DNA of 64,000 bases from an uncultured delta proteobacterium (GTDB taxonomy: Bacteria > Myxococcota_A > Polyangia > Fen-1088), in NCBI GenBank assembly GCA_963737265.1, contig CAVTRY010000011.1:320001-384000 (forward strand). Reading direction: 5' to 3'. This document shows positions 1-10,804 of the stretch, in pieces. Position 1 is the first letter of the stretch. Every line of letters starts with the position of its first letter. A model generated the notes under the pieces. That model was not told the DNA's origin, did not search any database, and worked only from the letters and a program-made list of their open reading frames with translations. A program made the translations under genes and the position numbers.

Positions 1-36
1 CGCGAATGGGCTGATCTCAAGAACATTCGAGCTCAT
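1..36 (-). CDS. 5' end of a gene running off the window (possible J-domain protein)
   Basis: The ATG at 36 overlaps the TGA of the upstream 662-aa ORF (ATGA) and reads MSSNVLEISPFA. 'SPFA' resembles the start of a J-domain helix, and the gene sits in an Hsp70/GrpE operon. Only 12 codons are visible. Confidence 0.4.
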   Translation of the reverse strand, partial: MSSNVLEISPFA

Positions 37-2021
37 GAATCGTCCTCATCGAGCGGGAGCGCGATCTGGCCGCCTTGTTTTTTTCGCGACGTCTTTCGGG
101 CGCGCGCCGGTCGGATCTTGCGAGGTGATTTCTTGTTTTCGTGGCCAAGCATAAAGCCGAGAAGCTCCCGCGCCCGCTCGTCCTCGGGCGTGAGCTCCGC
201 GCCGTCCTCCGCAAGCGCCGCCCGCTGATAGGCGTGTGCCACGACTTTAACGACAGCAAACGGCGCGCTTAACCCCATAGTCTGGTTCACAGCGCGTGCC
301 AAGGCGATTCGATCATTCCGAAAGCGATCGATCATCAAGCGGCAGGTTTCCCCGATTAGGGACGGCAGCATTTCCGACTCGCCCATGGAAAGCTCGCGCA
401 AGACCTCCAACCAGGCTTCGATGTCGGTACGGTTGCCCACATAGGCCGTCACGGCCTCGATGCGCTGTCTGGGTTGGCTTGCTTGGGAAAGTGCGAAGGG
501 TAAAAGCTCCGCGCAGTAGGGAAGCGCGCGCAGGCCAAAGCGGCGCCAAAGCGACAGTCCGCCAGCGGCCATGAAAGGCAGGTCCGGGTCGGCTTTGTCG
601 GCATCCGAGACGATGCGATCGAGGGTCGCCAGGTCAGCGAACGTACGACTCCCCACCAGCGCGGTCAGACTGGTCTTTTCGGACAGGTCGATGAGATCGG
701 GGAGGATGCGAGCAAGGTCGCGGCGCACATTATCGCTAGCGGTCTTCCAGACCGCATCGATGACATCCGCCACGATTTCGCTCGGCTGTCCCCACGCCAA
801 GCTGTCGAGAAGCCTTCCACGCACCGACAAATCAAGCTTGTCGAGATGGGCCGCGAGGGCCTGGCCCCGCTTGCATACCTCGCGCGAGGCGGCTTGCAAC
901 CAGGTGGGGCCGGGGAAACAGAGCTGGTCCTCCATGTGCGCCTGGGGCGGGGGCGCGTTCAAGTGCAGGGTCTGCTCCCAAATCGAAAAGAGGCGAGCGT
1001 CGGGCAGCGACGCTGCCGCGGAAAGCGCACCTTCGCAGATGGCGAGAGCCAAGGATGCAAGACCAGGCGTGCGGGCGAAATCGCGAGCCATGGCTTCGGC
1101 GCATTCCTTGAGCTGCGCGGTCCTGGCGAGGGCCCCGGCAAGGGCCTGCAGTGACTCTCGCTCTTCCTTCGTCGCTGTCTTGCTCATGACCGCCGGCAGA
1201 AGAAGCCGGGTGGCGAGCAAGATCTCCGGAGCGAGAGCGTTCTCCTCGCCTTCGGAGATTCGCGCCAGCAAACGGGCGGGCAGGGCCAGCGAGGCTGCCG
1301 ATCTCGCCTGGATCAGTAGCTCGCGCATGGCCAGCCCACCCGCGCGGGTTCGCAACGCCTCGGCAAGCTCTGGGGTTGCCCGATCCAGCCACGTCATAAG
1401 GGTGTCCGCCACGGCCGGCAACGGTTGTGCGGCGAACAGGGCGAAGAGCGCGCCTTCGGCCTGTTCTACCGACACCGGCGCGGCTGGAGGCGCGAGGCGA
1501 GGGCGGGTCGTGGACTCGATTCCGAGCCGCGGATCAGGGGCGACAGGCGGCGGCAAGACATCGAGACTCAGCCCAACCAGGGCCTTGGCATCGACTCGTC
1601 CTTGCCCATCGAGCCACGCAGTGATAGCGGGCGCCAATGCGGGCGCCCGCGCGGTCACGCATTCGACCAACAACTTCCAGATGCGCCCAGCCCGCGCGAA
1701 ATCCCGGGCGCGCATGCAGGCAAGAAACAGCGGCCAGCGCGCGGCCGCCAGGCCGGCCTCATCGGATCCGCGCGCCAGCAGGCGCGGCTCTTGCTCCGCG
1801 CGCGCCGCCAGGGTGTGCAGGCGCGCCCACGCAGACGCCCGGTGTAACTCCGGCAAGGTTCGGCGAAAAAAGGGCGATACCAAATCGAGGAACGGCTCAC
1901 GCGCGGCTTTGTCCAGCCCCAGCACGGCGTCGATCGCCAGCTCCAGATCCCGGCGAGCGATCGCCTTGTCGATCTGTTCTCGCGCTCGCCGAGCTCGCTT
2001 GTCGTCGTCGCCGCGTCCCAT
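33..2021 (-). CDS. Large alpha-helical hypothetical protein in the Hsp70-GrpE operon
   Basis: 662-aa Ala/Leu-rich ORF starting 5 bp after the Hsp70 stop, with a basic tail ending QIALPLDEDDS. Confidence 0.8.
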   Translation of the reverse strand: MGRGDDDKRARRAREQIDKAIARRDLELAIDAVLGLDKAAREPFLDLVSPFFRRTLPELHRASAWARLHTLAARAEQEPRLLARGSDEAGLAAARWPLFLACMRARDFARAGRIWKLLVECVTARAPALAPAITAWLDGQGRVDAKALVGLSLDVLPPPVAPDPRLGIESTTRPRLAPPAAPVSVEQAEGALFALFAAQPLPAVADTLMTWLDRATPELAEALRTRAGGLAMRELLIQARSAASLALPARLLARISEGEENALAPEILLATRLLLPAVMSKTATKEERESLQALAGALARTAQLKECAEAMARDFARTPGLASLALAICEGALSAAASLPDARLFSIWEQTLHLNAPPPQAHMEDQLCFPGPTWLQAASREVCKRGQALAAHLDKLDLSVRGRLLDSLAWGQPSEIVADVIDAVWKTASDNVRRDLARILPDLIDLSEKTSLTALVGSRTFADLATLDRIVSDADKADPDLPFMAAGGLSLWRRFGLRALPYCAELLPFALSQASQPRQRIEAVTAYVGNRTDIEAWLEVLRELSMGESEMLPSLIGETCRLMIDRFRNDRIALARAVNQTMGLSAPFAVVKVVAHAYQRAALAEDGAELTPEDERARELLGFMLGHENKKSPRKIRPARARKTSRKKQGGQIALPLDEDDS

Positions 2022-2026
2022 GGCTC

Positions 2027-3758
2027 TCAGCCCGGTGACTCGCTACCGTCCGTCTTGGCCTCGTGCTCGAGGAACAGGTCGAGCAACTCGTCTTCGATGC
2101 GCTCCTGGTCGTTGGGTTGCGCCGCCGCTAACTTGGCCAGCAGCTCCTCCGTTCTTTTCTGCTCGTCGCTGGTCAGGGACGACAGCAAGGCTCGTGCCTT
2201 GCGCACGATGGTACTTTCCGACCGGGCCGTCGATTTGGTTCGCGCGGCGGCCGGCGCTTTCGTCCGCTGCGCCTTTTTGCCCGCGTCCGCAACTTTCAAG
2301 GCCACGACTTTCGCGTTGTTCTTCCCTGGCTGCGAAATCTCGACCCGGATCACCCCATTGAGATCGTAGGCGAACTCCACCTTCACCGGCGAGTGCGCGG
2401 GCACCGGCACGAGGTCGAAAAGAAACGAACCCACGCGCGTGTTTTGCGAACAAAGCTGGGCTTCGCCCTGGAAAACCTCCACCTCCAGCTTCGCTTGATT
2501 GTCGATCATGGTGTAGAACTCCTCCGCGCGCTGGGCGGGGAGCACGGTATTGCGTCTCAGCACCGGGGCGAAGGTGTCGGGTCTGTCCTCATAATATTCG
2601 TCGTGTCCGACCACGAGCATTCCCAAGCTGTGAGACGAAACGTCGACCAGGATTCGTTCCACCGTCGCGCCTCGCAGCAGCCCGGCTTGCAACGATGCGC
2701 CCAACCCAACCGCCAAGTCGGGGTCCACGTCTTCGTGGATAGGGGCGCCGAAGGCTTCCTCGATCAGTGACCGCACCAAGGGAATGCGTGTGGAGCCGCC
2801 GACCAGGCACACCCGTCCGATTTGTCCGGCGTCGACCCCTGCGTCCGCCAGCGCCTTGTGCGAAAGCTCGATGGTGCTCTGCAGGAGCGGCCGGATGAGA
2901 TCCTCGAATTGCCGGCGTGTGATGGTGGTTTCGAGGTGAATTGGTTTACCTGCGACACTGGTGAGGAACTCCTCGCGGATTTCCACGGAGGTGGCGAGGG
3001 ACAGCTTGATCTTGGTTTCCTCGGACAGGCGGCGCAGTTTGGCCATGGCGCGCGCGTCTTCGCGTGGATCCACGGCGTGTTTGGCTTTCAAGTCGTCGAG
3101 GAAAACTTGCAACAGGCGGTCGTCGAAGTCGTCGCCGCCCAAGGCGGTATTTCCGGTGGTGCTGCGCACCTCGCGGATCTGGCCGGAGACGTTCGAGCAC
3201 GGAAACGTCGAAGGTACCGCCGCCCAGATCGTAAATGACCACGACCTCGGACTCCGCCGAGGCATTCGCCTCGCCAATTTGGTCGTAGACCAGGGATGCG
3301 CTCGTCGGTTCGTTGAGCAGACGCAAGACGTGAAGCTTTGCCAACTCGCCCGCCTGCAGGGTCGCCCGCCGTTGCGCATCGTCGAAATAGGCGGGGACGG
3401 TCACGATGACGTCCGAAATCGGCTGTCCCAAGGCCTTCTCCGCCCCGGCCTTGAGCGCGGCGAGAACGGCGGCCGAGATCTCGGCGGGCGAAAATGCGCG
3501 GCCGTCGATTTCATAGCGGTGGTCGAGGCCCATCTTGCGCTTGACCGAGCGGATGGTGCGCTCGGGTTCCGACAGTTGCAGGTTGCGCGCCTCGCGCCCC
3601 ACGCGAAAACCGCCATCCTTGTCCACATACACCACCGACGGTACGATGGCGTCGCCTTCGATGGCGATGGGCACGGGACGGCCGTCCCGCAGATAGGTGA
3701 TGACCGAATTGGTCGTGCCCAAATCGATCCCGACGTGCAATTCCGACGCTCGACTCAT
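2027..3758 (-). CDS. Hsp70/DnaK-family chaperone (specialised paralogue), +1 frameshift at ~3192
   Basis: GIDLGTTNS, TVPAYF, LLNEPTSA and YDLGGGTFDVS lie in one frame; LGGDDFD, LVGGSTRIP and the substrate-binding domain lie in another. Removing one base near 3192 gives a 577-codon ORF. Confidence 0.9.
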
Positions 3759-4300
3759 GTTGACCTCATGCTGACGATGACCTCGCCTTCGCGAACCAGG
3801 TTTCCTTGACGGCTGACCGCCGCGCGCACCACCCGCAGGACCTTGCCGGCCGCGAGAGCATCGCAATCCTCCGTGCCGACGACGCGAAACCGGTGGCCAT
3901 CCGGTGTCTCGCCAACATCCGCCAGGCGCTCGAAGCCGGCCTGCTTTAGAAATCGCTCCAATCTGCCGGACACGGCTCGAATACCTTGCGCGTGCGCCTC
4001 GTCGGGCGCCAGACGGGCCGCCTCTTCGAGGCCGTCCATGGCATCGAAGCATTCGTCGAAAGACAGAGATGAAGCGCTGCCGAGATCCACCTTCTCGACC
4101 ATGCCGCGCAGATCCGAAAACCCCGCCTCCAGCTTCGACTCGATCTCCTCCAAACGCAGTCCCTGACGCGCCTGCGTTCGCGCGATTTTTTGCGCCAGGT
4201 CCACGAGCTCGGCCAGGTAATCATCCGATTCCTCGTCGTCCGCAGTTGCGGCGGCAAGCCGTCGCGATCCAAAGAGCCGAGCGATCCAAGACATCGCCAT
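3755..4300 (-). CDS. grpE: GrpE-like nucleotide exchange factor
   Basis: Coiled-coil followed by DVGETPDGHRFRVVG...VLRVVRAAV...LVREGEVIV (GrpE head). Its stop overlaps the Hsp70 ATG. Confidence 0.75.
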   Translation of the reverse strand: MAMSWIARLFGSRRLAAATADDEESDDYLAELVDLAQKIARTQARQGLRLEEIESKLEAGFSDLRGMVEKVDLGSASSLSFDECFDAMDGLEEAARLAPDEAHAQGIRAVSGRLERFLKQAGFERLADVGETPDGHRFRVVGTEDCDALAAGKVLRVVRAAVSRQGNLVREGEVIVSMRST

Positions 4301-4512
4301 TTCCCTAACACGCTGTCGGCCCGCCCGGCAACGGCAAGAATGACCCAATGTTCTCCGCGAAAGGACAAGAGGTGTGGCGCGCATGCAAAGCGCACGCTTC
4401 GAGGGCTTCAGGCTTCGGGTTGTCCGTTCGACGATGTTCGTCGGGACCGATTGGATCTTCCTTTTTCGAACGATTTTGCGATCAATTCACGGCGATTCGC
4501 ACATACACTGAG

Positions 4513-6102
4513 ATGACCTTGCTCTTTCGAACAGGACCAAATTGGGCAATCATTCTGGCATGTGGCGTTGGCATCGGCTGCTCCAGCCCGAGCGCCACCA
4601 TCGGCCACGACGCGGCGGCAAGCACGGGCGGGGCCGCTGGAGCGGGTGCCGGTGGCGCGTCTGTGGGCGCTGGCGGTAAAGTGGGTTCAGACGGAGCTGT
4701 GGGCACAAGCGGGGCAACGGCAAGCACGGGTGGTGGAACGACAGGACCGGGCGGTTCGAGCGGATTCGGCGGCGGAGGCTCGGGTGGCGGGAGCGCGATT
4801 GATGGCGGCGCAGGTGTCGCGACGGGCGGCGCCACGACAGACGCTGCGGGAGCGACCGTCGGCACAGACGCGAATGTTCCGCGGGACGCAGTCATGGATG
4901 GAGCGCTCCTGGACACCAGCGTCGACGCGCCATCGGGCGGCACCCGCGACACAAGCGATGAAGCGGCCATCGCGGATGTGGCACCGCGGGTGGATGCGTC
5001 CGTGCAAGGTTTTGTTCATCCCGGACTCTTGCTCACAAGCGGCGACCTCGCGCGCATGAAGGAGAAGATCGCCGCCAAGAGCGAGCCTTGGTACGGCCAA
5101 TACACCACGCTCATGAATGATCAGAACTCCAGCGCCACCAAGGCATACAACACGCCACCCGCCATCATCGGCCGCAATGCAGCCTCGGCTTACGCGACCG
5201 ATCGTTACGCGTGCGAAGCCGACGCGGTGTTGGCGTTCCAGAATGCTCTTGTTTTCGCGCTCACTGGACAGACGGCCCACGCCGCTTTGGCGGTGAAGAT
5301 CCTGAATGCCTACGCCGCCGGGGTAAAGCACTTCGACACCTTGGATCCCGAACGCGATCTGGAAGCCGCCATCCTGGGTTGGCTGTGGGTCGAAACCGCC
5401 GAGCTCGTGCGCTATTCGGGAAACACCTACACCGGTTGGACTGCGGCCGACATCGCGATTTTTGGCACCTGGATCCACGACGTGGTGTACGCGGACACCG
5501 CCTACAACGCCACGGGAGTCCTCGTGACGCCCTTGCCGAACGGTGCGGGCGCGCGGGGCGCATTCGGTCTGCGGACCAAGATGGCCATTGGCATCTACCT
5601 TGACGACAAGACCATCTACAACGAAGCCGTGGACTATTTCTTCAACGGCAAAGGCAACGGCGCGCCATCGTACTACATTCTTCCGTCCACGGGGCAAACC
5701 TGGGAAGCGGGGCGGGATCAAGGCCACGCGCAAGGCGGCCTGTGCCGCCTCATGGAAACCGCCCACATGGCCCACAACCAGGGCAACGAAACCTTGTACG
5801 CCTGGCAGAATAACGCGCTTTCGCGCGCGATTGAATACATCGCCTCGTACAACCTGGGGAACGACGTTCCCTACAGCCTCATGCAGCCTTTTACCACGAG
5901 CTGGGCCGACACCTACCCCGCCATCTCCGCCATTGGTAGGGGCGAATTTCAACCCATTTACGAGTTGCCGTACTACTACTGGCACAGCATCAAAGGCCTG
6001 AACATGCCGTTCACGCTGCAAGCGATCGGCAAGGAGGTCACCGAGACTTTCTCCCCGCAAAACGACAACCCCATGTTCGCAACCCTGTCGTACCGGCAGT
6101 AG
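4513..6102 (+). CDS. Alginate-lyase-family (alpha/alpha toroid) secreted lipoprotein
   Basis: Lipobox-like GIGC, Gly/Thr/Asp linker, then FVHPGLL, EPW and TWEAGRDQGH motifs. Confidence 0.75.
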   Translation: MTLLFRTGPNWAIILACGVGIGCSSPSATIGHDAAASTGGAAGAGAGGASVGAGGKVGSDGAVGTSGATASTGGGTTGPGGSSGFGGGGSGGGSAIDGGAGVATGGATTDAAGATVGTDANVPRDAVMDGALLDTSVDAPSGGTRDTSDEAAIADVAPRVDASVQGFVHPGLLLTSGDLARMKEKIAAKSEPWYGQYTTLMNDQNSSATKAYNTPPAIIGRNAASAYATDRYACEADAVLAFQNALVFALTGQTAHAALAVKILNAYAAGVKHFDTLDPERDLEAAILGWLWVETAELVRYSGNTYTGWTAADIAIFGTWIHDVVYADTAYNATGVLVTPLPNGAGARGAFGLRTKMAIGIYLDDKTIYNEAVDYFFNGKGNGAPSYYILPSTGQTWEAGRDQGHAQGGLCRLMETAHMAHNQGNETLYAWQNNALSRAIEYIASYNLGNDVPYSLMQPFTTSWADTYPAISAIGRGEFQPIYELPYYYWHSIKGLNMPFTLQAIGKEVTETFSPQNDNPMFATLSYRQ

Positions 6103-6170
6103 CGGTTGGCGATTTCGACGTCCGACATCCACTAACCCGACCCGGTTTGGGACAGAAGAAAGGCGACACC

Positions 6171-8978
6171 ATGAAGGTCAGCGCAATTTGCACAGGAATC
6201 CTGTTCGTCGGTGCCGCGAGCAATCTTTCCTGTTCGCAGTCCACTGGAAGCGGCACGGGAACCGGCGGCACGGCGGCTTCGGGTGGCGCGACCGTAACAG
6301 GGGGCAAGTCCACCCGAGGTGGCTCTGGAGCCGCGGGCATGCAACTGGGCGGATCGACTTCATCGGGCGGCGCCGGAGGGAGCACACGAACCGCAGGCGG
6401 CACAACGGCGTTCGGCGGAGGTGGTTCGGGCGGTTCCACCCCGGCAGGCGGTGTGGCCGGTGGCCAAGCGGGCACCGGCGCAGGTGGCACGGCGCAGGGT
6501 GGCCAGGCCGGCACCGGAGCGGGGGGCGCAGCCACGGGCGGGCAGGCCGGCGCGACGGCGGGCGGTGGAACGGCGGGCGGTGGCAGTGGCTCTGGCGGCG
6601 CGGGTCCTGGCGGCCAAGGCGGAGGAAGCGCGGCGCCCGGCACGTCGGTCAACAGCTACGACGGGGCGCGAACGACCACCATCAGCTTCGACACCGGCTG
6701 GAAATTCCATCTCGGCGACGTAAGCGGCGCCGAGGCCGTGCCGTTCGACGATTCGTCCTGGACCGCCTTGGACGTGCCCCATGACTGGAGCATCTCGCTG
6801 CCGTTCACCCAGAACTCGCCAGCCGGCGCTGGCGGTGGCAGCCTCAATGGTGGCGCGGGCTGGTACCGAAAGACCTTTGTGTTGCCACCCTCGAGCTCGG
6901 GACAGAAGGTCTTTGTCCAGTTCGATGGCGTCTACATGGACAGCACGGTGTATCTCAACGGCACCCAAATCGGCGCCCGTCCGTACGGATACTCCTCCTT
7001 TGAATGTGACTTCGGGTCCAACGCCAAGTCTGGCGCGTCGAACGTGCTCGCCGTCCGGGTCAATAACCAACAGCCGAGCAGCCGCTGGTACTCGGGAAGC
7101 GGCATCTACCGTCACACCTGGCTCAAGACGGTGAACCCGGTTCGCGTCGCCTACACGGGTGCGTTCGTGACGACGCCGCAGGTCTCGACCACGAGCGCCA
7201 CCGTGAATCTGTCGGTCACCCTCCAGAACGACGGCACGTCGGCTCAGTCCGCCTCGGTCACGAGCTCGATCCACGATAGCACTGGCACGCAAGTGGCCCA
7301 GGGCACGGCGCCGGCAACCTCGGTCGGCGCCGCGGGGACCGCCACGGTGACACAGACCATGACGGTCTCCAACCCGAACATCTGGTCGCTCGCCTCGCCT
7401 ACCCTGTACTCGATGGTCACGACGGTCACGGTGAACGGGGCGGTGGTCGACACGTATACGACGCCCTTCGGGATTCGCACTGTTGCCTTCGACGCCAACA
7501 ATGGCTTCACGCTAAACGGTCAGAGCGTGAAGCTCAACGGCACGTGCAATCACCATGACCTCGGCAGCCTGGGCGCCGCCGTGAACAACCGCGCCATCGA
7601 GAAGCGGCTCCAGATGCTCAAGGCCATGGGCACCAACGCGCTACGCACGTCGCACAACCCGCCCGCGCCCGAGTTTCTCGACATGGCCGACCGCATGGGT
7701 TTTCTCGTGATGGATGAGGCATTCGACTGCTGGGACCAAGGCAAGAACACGTATGACTACGGGCGATTCTTCAATCAGTGGTCCAAGACCGATATCGGCG
7801 ACATGGTGTCGAGAGATCGCAACCATCCAAGCATCGTCATCTGGAGCATCGGAAACGAGATTCCCAATAACAACGAGGCCACCGTCGCGCAAGCGCTTAT
7901 CTCGGCGGTCAAGGCGAAGGACAGCACGCGCGTGATCGGTCAAGCCTTCCAAGGGGCAAACCCCGGCGCCGCGGTCGGGCCGCTAGAAGATGTCATCGGT
8001 CTCAACTACTCACCTTCTGCCTACGACTCGCTTCACTCAAGCCATCCAACCTGGAAGCTGTTTGCCAGCGAGAGCTCGTCCGCGGTGAGAAGTCGTGGCG
8101 TCTACAAGACGCCTGTGACAACGAACATCCTGACATCGAACGACAACCAGTGCTCGTCCTACGACAACAGCGTCGTCGATTGGGGAACCAGCGCGGAAGG
8201 CTCGTGGTCGGCCGTCAACGCGCGAGCCTTCATTGCCGGCGAGTTCATTTGGACCGGGTTCGACTACATCGGCGAGCCCACGCCCTACGACTGGCCGTCG
8301 AAGAACTCGTACTTCGGTGCCATCGACACGGCGGATTTCCCGAAGGACATTTTCTACTTCTACCAGAGCAAGTGGAACGTCGCCGGGCCAACCATGGTCC
8401 ACATCGTGCCGATGGACTGGACGAGCTGGACGGCCGGGCAATCGGTGGCTGTCTTGGTCTATACCAATGCCGACAGCGTCGAGCTCTTCCTGAACGGCAA
8501 GTCGCAAGGTTCGAAGACCATGACCGCCACAACCGGGCATCTTCAGTGGTCGGTCCCATTCGCGACGGGCACGCTCCAGGCGAAGGCCACCAAGGGCGGT
8601 GCGGTCGCCGCGACCGACACCGTGCAGACCGCCGGGGCGGCCGCGGCATTGGCGCTCAAGGCCGACCGCGCTTCGATCGCGGCGGATGGCAGCGACTTGG
8701 CCTTTGTCGAGGTGGACATTGTCGACGCCCAGGGAGTCGTCGTTCCACAAGCCAACAACAGGGTCGACTTCACCATCGGTGGCCCCGGCGCCCTGGTGGG
8801 CCTCGACGCTGGAGATTCGACAAACCACGATTCCTACAAGGGCACCTCGCATGCCGCTTTCAGCGGCAAGCTGATGGCCATCGTTCGCGCCACGACCACG
8901 GCAGGAAAGATCACACTCAAATCGACCTCTGGCTCCCTCACCGGCGGCTCGATAGACATCACGACAGCGACACCCTGA
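6171..8978 (+). CDS. Glycoside hydrolase family 2 (beta-galactosidase-like) lipoprotein
   Basis: Gly/Thr linker, then VPHDWSI, GWYRKTF, FDGVY, SRWYSGSGIYR, RTSHNPP, RDRNHPS..WSIGNE (acid/base Glu) and WTGFDYIGEPTPY. Confidence 0.93.
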   Translation: MKVSAICTGILFVGAASNLSCSQSTGSGTGTGGTAASGGATVTGGKSTRGGSGAAGMQLGGSTSSGGAGGSTRTAGGTTAFGGGGSGGSTPAGGVAGGQAGTGAGGTAQGGQAGTGAGGAATGGQAGATAGGGTAGGGSGSGGAGPGGQGGGSAAPGTSVNSYDGARTTTISFDTGWKFHLGDVSGAEAVPFDDSSWTALDVPHDWSISLPFTQNSPAGAGGGSLNGGAGWYRKTFVLPPSSSGQKVFVQFDGVYMDSTVYLNGTQIGARPYGYSSFECDFGSNAKSGASNVLAVRVNNQQPSSRWYSGSGIYRHTWLKTVNPVRVAYTGAFVTTPQVSTTSATVNLSVTLQNDGTSAQSASVTSSIHDSTGTQVAQGTAPATSVGAAGTATVTQTMTVSNPNIWSLASPTLYSMVTTVTVNGAVVDTYTTPFGIRTVAFDANNGFTLNGQSVKLNGTCNHHDLGSLGAAVNNRAIEKRLQMLKAMGTNALRTSHNPPAPEFLDMADRMGFLVMDEAFDCWDQGKNTYDYGRFFNQWSKTDIGDMVSRDRNHPSIVIWSIGNEIPNNNEATVAQALISAVKAKDSTRVIGQAFQGANPGAAVGPLEDVIGLNYSPSAYDSLHSSHPTWKLFASESSSAVRSRGVYKTPVTTNILTSNDNQCSSYDNSVVDWGTSAEGSWSAVNARAFIAGEFIWTGFDYIGEPTPYDWPSKNSYFGAIDTADFPKDIFYFYQSKWNVAGPTMVHIVPMDWTSWTAGQSVAVLVYTNADSVELFLNGKSQGSKTMTATTGHLQWSVPFATGTLQAKATKGGAVAATDTVQTAGAAAALALKADRASIAADGSDLAFVEVDIVDAQGVVVPQANNRVDFTIGGPGALVGLDAGDSTNHDSYKGTSHAAFSGKLMAIVRATTTAGKITLKSTSGSLTGGSIDITTATP

Positions 8979-9128
8979 CGAGCCAGGCGGCGGACAGCCC
9001 TGGGCACGAGGGTAGCTTGGGCTGTCGCGAAATTGCGTGTCGTCCGAACGGCCAGCCCGCGAAACGCAGGTCGCGCGCCGCACCCGCGCCAAAGCCGAGC
9101 CAGACGCGTCGCGTTCACCGAATCCAGG

Positions 9129-10520
9129 CTAGGTCGTGGGGGTTGTCGCCGTGCGCTTGCGGCGCAGTTTCTCGACCAGGGTGGTGCGGTTCAGTCCCAG
9201 CAATTCCGCCGCTCGATTCTTGTTGCCGCCCGTGCGTTCGAGCGCTTCGGCGATCATGCGATCCTCGACCGCTTCCAACATCGTACGGAGGTCGGTTCCA
9301 TCGGTGGGAAGGTCGGGGATGGGTGTCACCGACGGGCCAATGCGACCCGATCCGGAATGACGCAAATTCATGGGCAGGTCGGACAAGCCAATGGTTCCCG
9401 TGCCTTTGAGGATGACCAGGCGCTCAACAAGGTTCTCGAGCTCGCGGATGTTGCCGGGCCAACCATAGCGTTTGAGCGCAACCATGGTGTCTGGCTGTAC
9501 GCCAACCACGCTGCGGCGGTTCTTCTCGTTGAAGCGCTTGACGAAATGCTCGCATAGCAGAGGGATGTCGCTGGGCCGATGTCGGAGTGGAGGCACTTCA
9601 ATCGGGATGACGTTGAGGCGCCAAAAGAGATCCGCCCGAAAACGTCCGGCCGCGACTTCGGAATCGAGCTTGCGGTTGGTCGCCGCCAGGATGCGCACGT
9701 CGACCTTCTGGTCGTTTTCGTCACCCACTGGCCGCACCAAGCCATCTTGAATCAGGCGCAGCAGCTTGGCCTGAACCGCCGACTCCATCTCTCCGATTTC
9801 GTCGAGCAGAATCGTTCCGCCATCGGCCTCGGCGAAGCGACCGACGCGCGAGCTCGTGGCGCCAGTGAACGCTCCGCGTGCGTGTCCAAAGAGTTCCGAT
9901 TCGACCAAGTTGACTGGAATGGCCGCGCAGTTCACAGCGACGAAGGCCTCCTCGGAGCGCGCCGATCCGGCGACCAGCGACCGGGCGACGAGCTCCTTGC
10001 CTGTGCCTGACTCTCCCGTGATGAGAACCGTGCAGCTGGTGTCGGCCACTTGGGCAAGCAGGGAGAGCACACTTAGCATGGCGGGATCGTTGCCGAGCAG
10101 CCACGGCGCCGTTCGGTCGCGCCACGCAATGGGATCTGGACCATCCATCTGGGTCGCGGTGCTCGAGAACCCGAGAGCGCTGGCGAGAACTTCCTCCAGG
10201 CTTTTGAGCTCGACCGGCTTGACGAGAAAGTCGCGTGCGCCAGCACGCATCGCGCGCACCGCATCTGTGACTTCGGCGCTACCGCTCATCACGATGACTG
10301 GCGTCATGGGCGATTTCAGACGAACAGCGTCCAGAATTCCGAATCCATCCACGCCGGGCATGCGCAGATCCGTCACCACGGCATCGAAATTCTCGCGGTC
10401 GAGCTTCGCCAGCCCGCCCGGACCGTCCGCGGTCACGACATCGAATGAAACCGAACGCAGAAGGCGCGCCATGCCGCGGCACAGTGCTTCTTCGTCGTCA
10501 CAGAGCAAAACCTTCGCCAT
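9129..10520 (-). CDS. Sigma54-dependent NtrC-family response regulator
   Basis: Receiver domain (CDDE, TDLRMP, KP), [36 protein letters not shown] and a C-terminal Fis HTH. Confidence 0.95.
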   Translation of the reverse strand: MAKVLLCDDEEALCRGMARLLRSVSFDVVTADGPGGLAKLDRENFDAVVTDLRMPGVDGFGILDAVRLKSPMTPVIVMSGSAEVTDAVRAMRAGARDFLVKPVELKSLEEVLASALGFSSTATQMDGPDPIAWRDRTAPWLLGNDPAMLSVLSLLAQVADTSCTVLITGESGTGKELVARSLVAGSARSEEAFVAVNCAAIPVNLVESELFGHARGAFTGATSSRVGRFAEADGGTILLDEIGEMESAVQAKLLRLIQDGLVRPVGDENDQKVDVRILAATNRKLDSEVAAGRFRADLFWRLNVIPIEVPPLRHRPSDIPLLCEHFVKRFNEKNRRSVVGVQPDTMVALKRYGWPGNIRELENLVERLVILKGTGTIGLSDLPMNLRHSGSGRIGPSVTPIPDLPTDGTDLRTMLEAVEDRMIAEALERTGGNKNRAAELLGLNRTTLVEKLRRKRTATTPTT

Positions 10521-10689
10521 ACGGTGATGCCTCGAACTCCCAATCCGATTCTACACGTTGTCTCGAATGGAGGGAGAGACAGCATGTGGAAATTGAATTT
10601 CGAGCCGGCTGATTGTGACGCTACGGGGAGCGGCGGTCAAGGTGCTTCATACAGGCATTCGTGATTGGTCGTCGCGCTATCCACATCGC

Positions 10690-10773
10690 AAATCACAGCG
10701 AACATCACAGCGAACATCACAGCGAACATCACACCGCTCATCACATCGCTCATCGTATCGCTCATCAAAAGCT
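10690..10773. repeat. Degenerate 12-bp tandem repeat, about 7 units
   Basis: AAATCACAGCGA, ACATCACAGCGA x2, ACATCACACCGC, TCATCACATCGC, TCATCGTATCGC, TCATCAAAAGCT, in a divergent intergenic region. Confidence 0.8.
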
Positions 10774-10789
10774 CACATCAAAGCGGAGA

Positions 10790-10804
10790 TGGCACATCGG
10801 CTGC
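10790..10804 (+). promoter_or_regulatory. Possible sigma54 -24/-12 promoter
   Basis: TGGCACATCGGCTGC (GG-N10-GC; one mismatch to TGGCAC-N5-TTGC) upstream of the SMI1-TPR gene. Confidence 0.4.

Noticed and set aside
571-2361. Long antisense or alternate-frame ORFs (also 10812-12512, 46326-48764, 53937-55349 and many others)
   Set aside because: Shadow ORFs of real genes in high-GC DNA, Arg/Ser/Pro-rich with no motifs.
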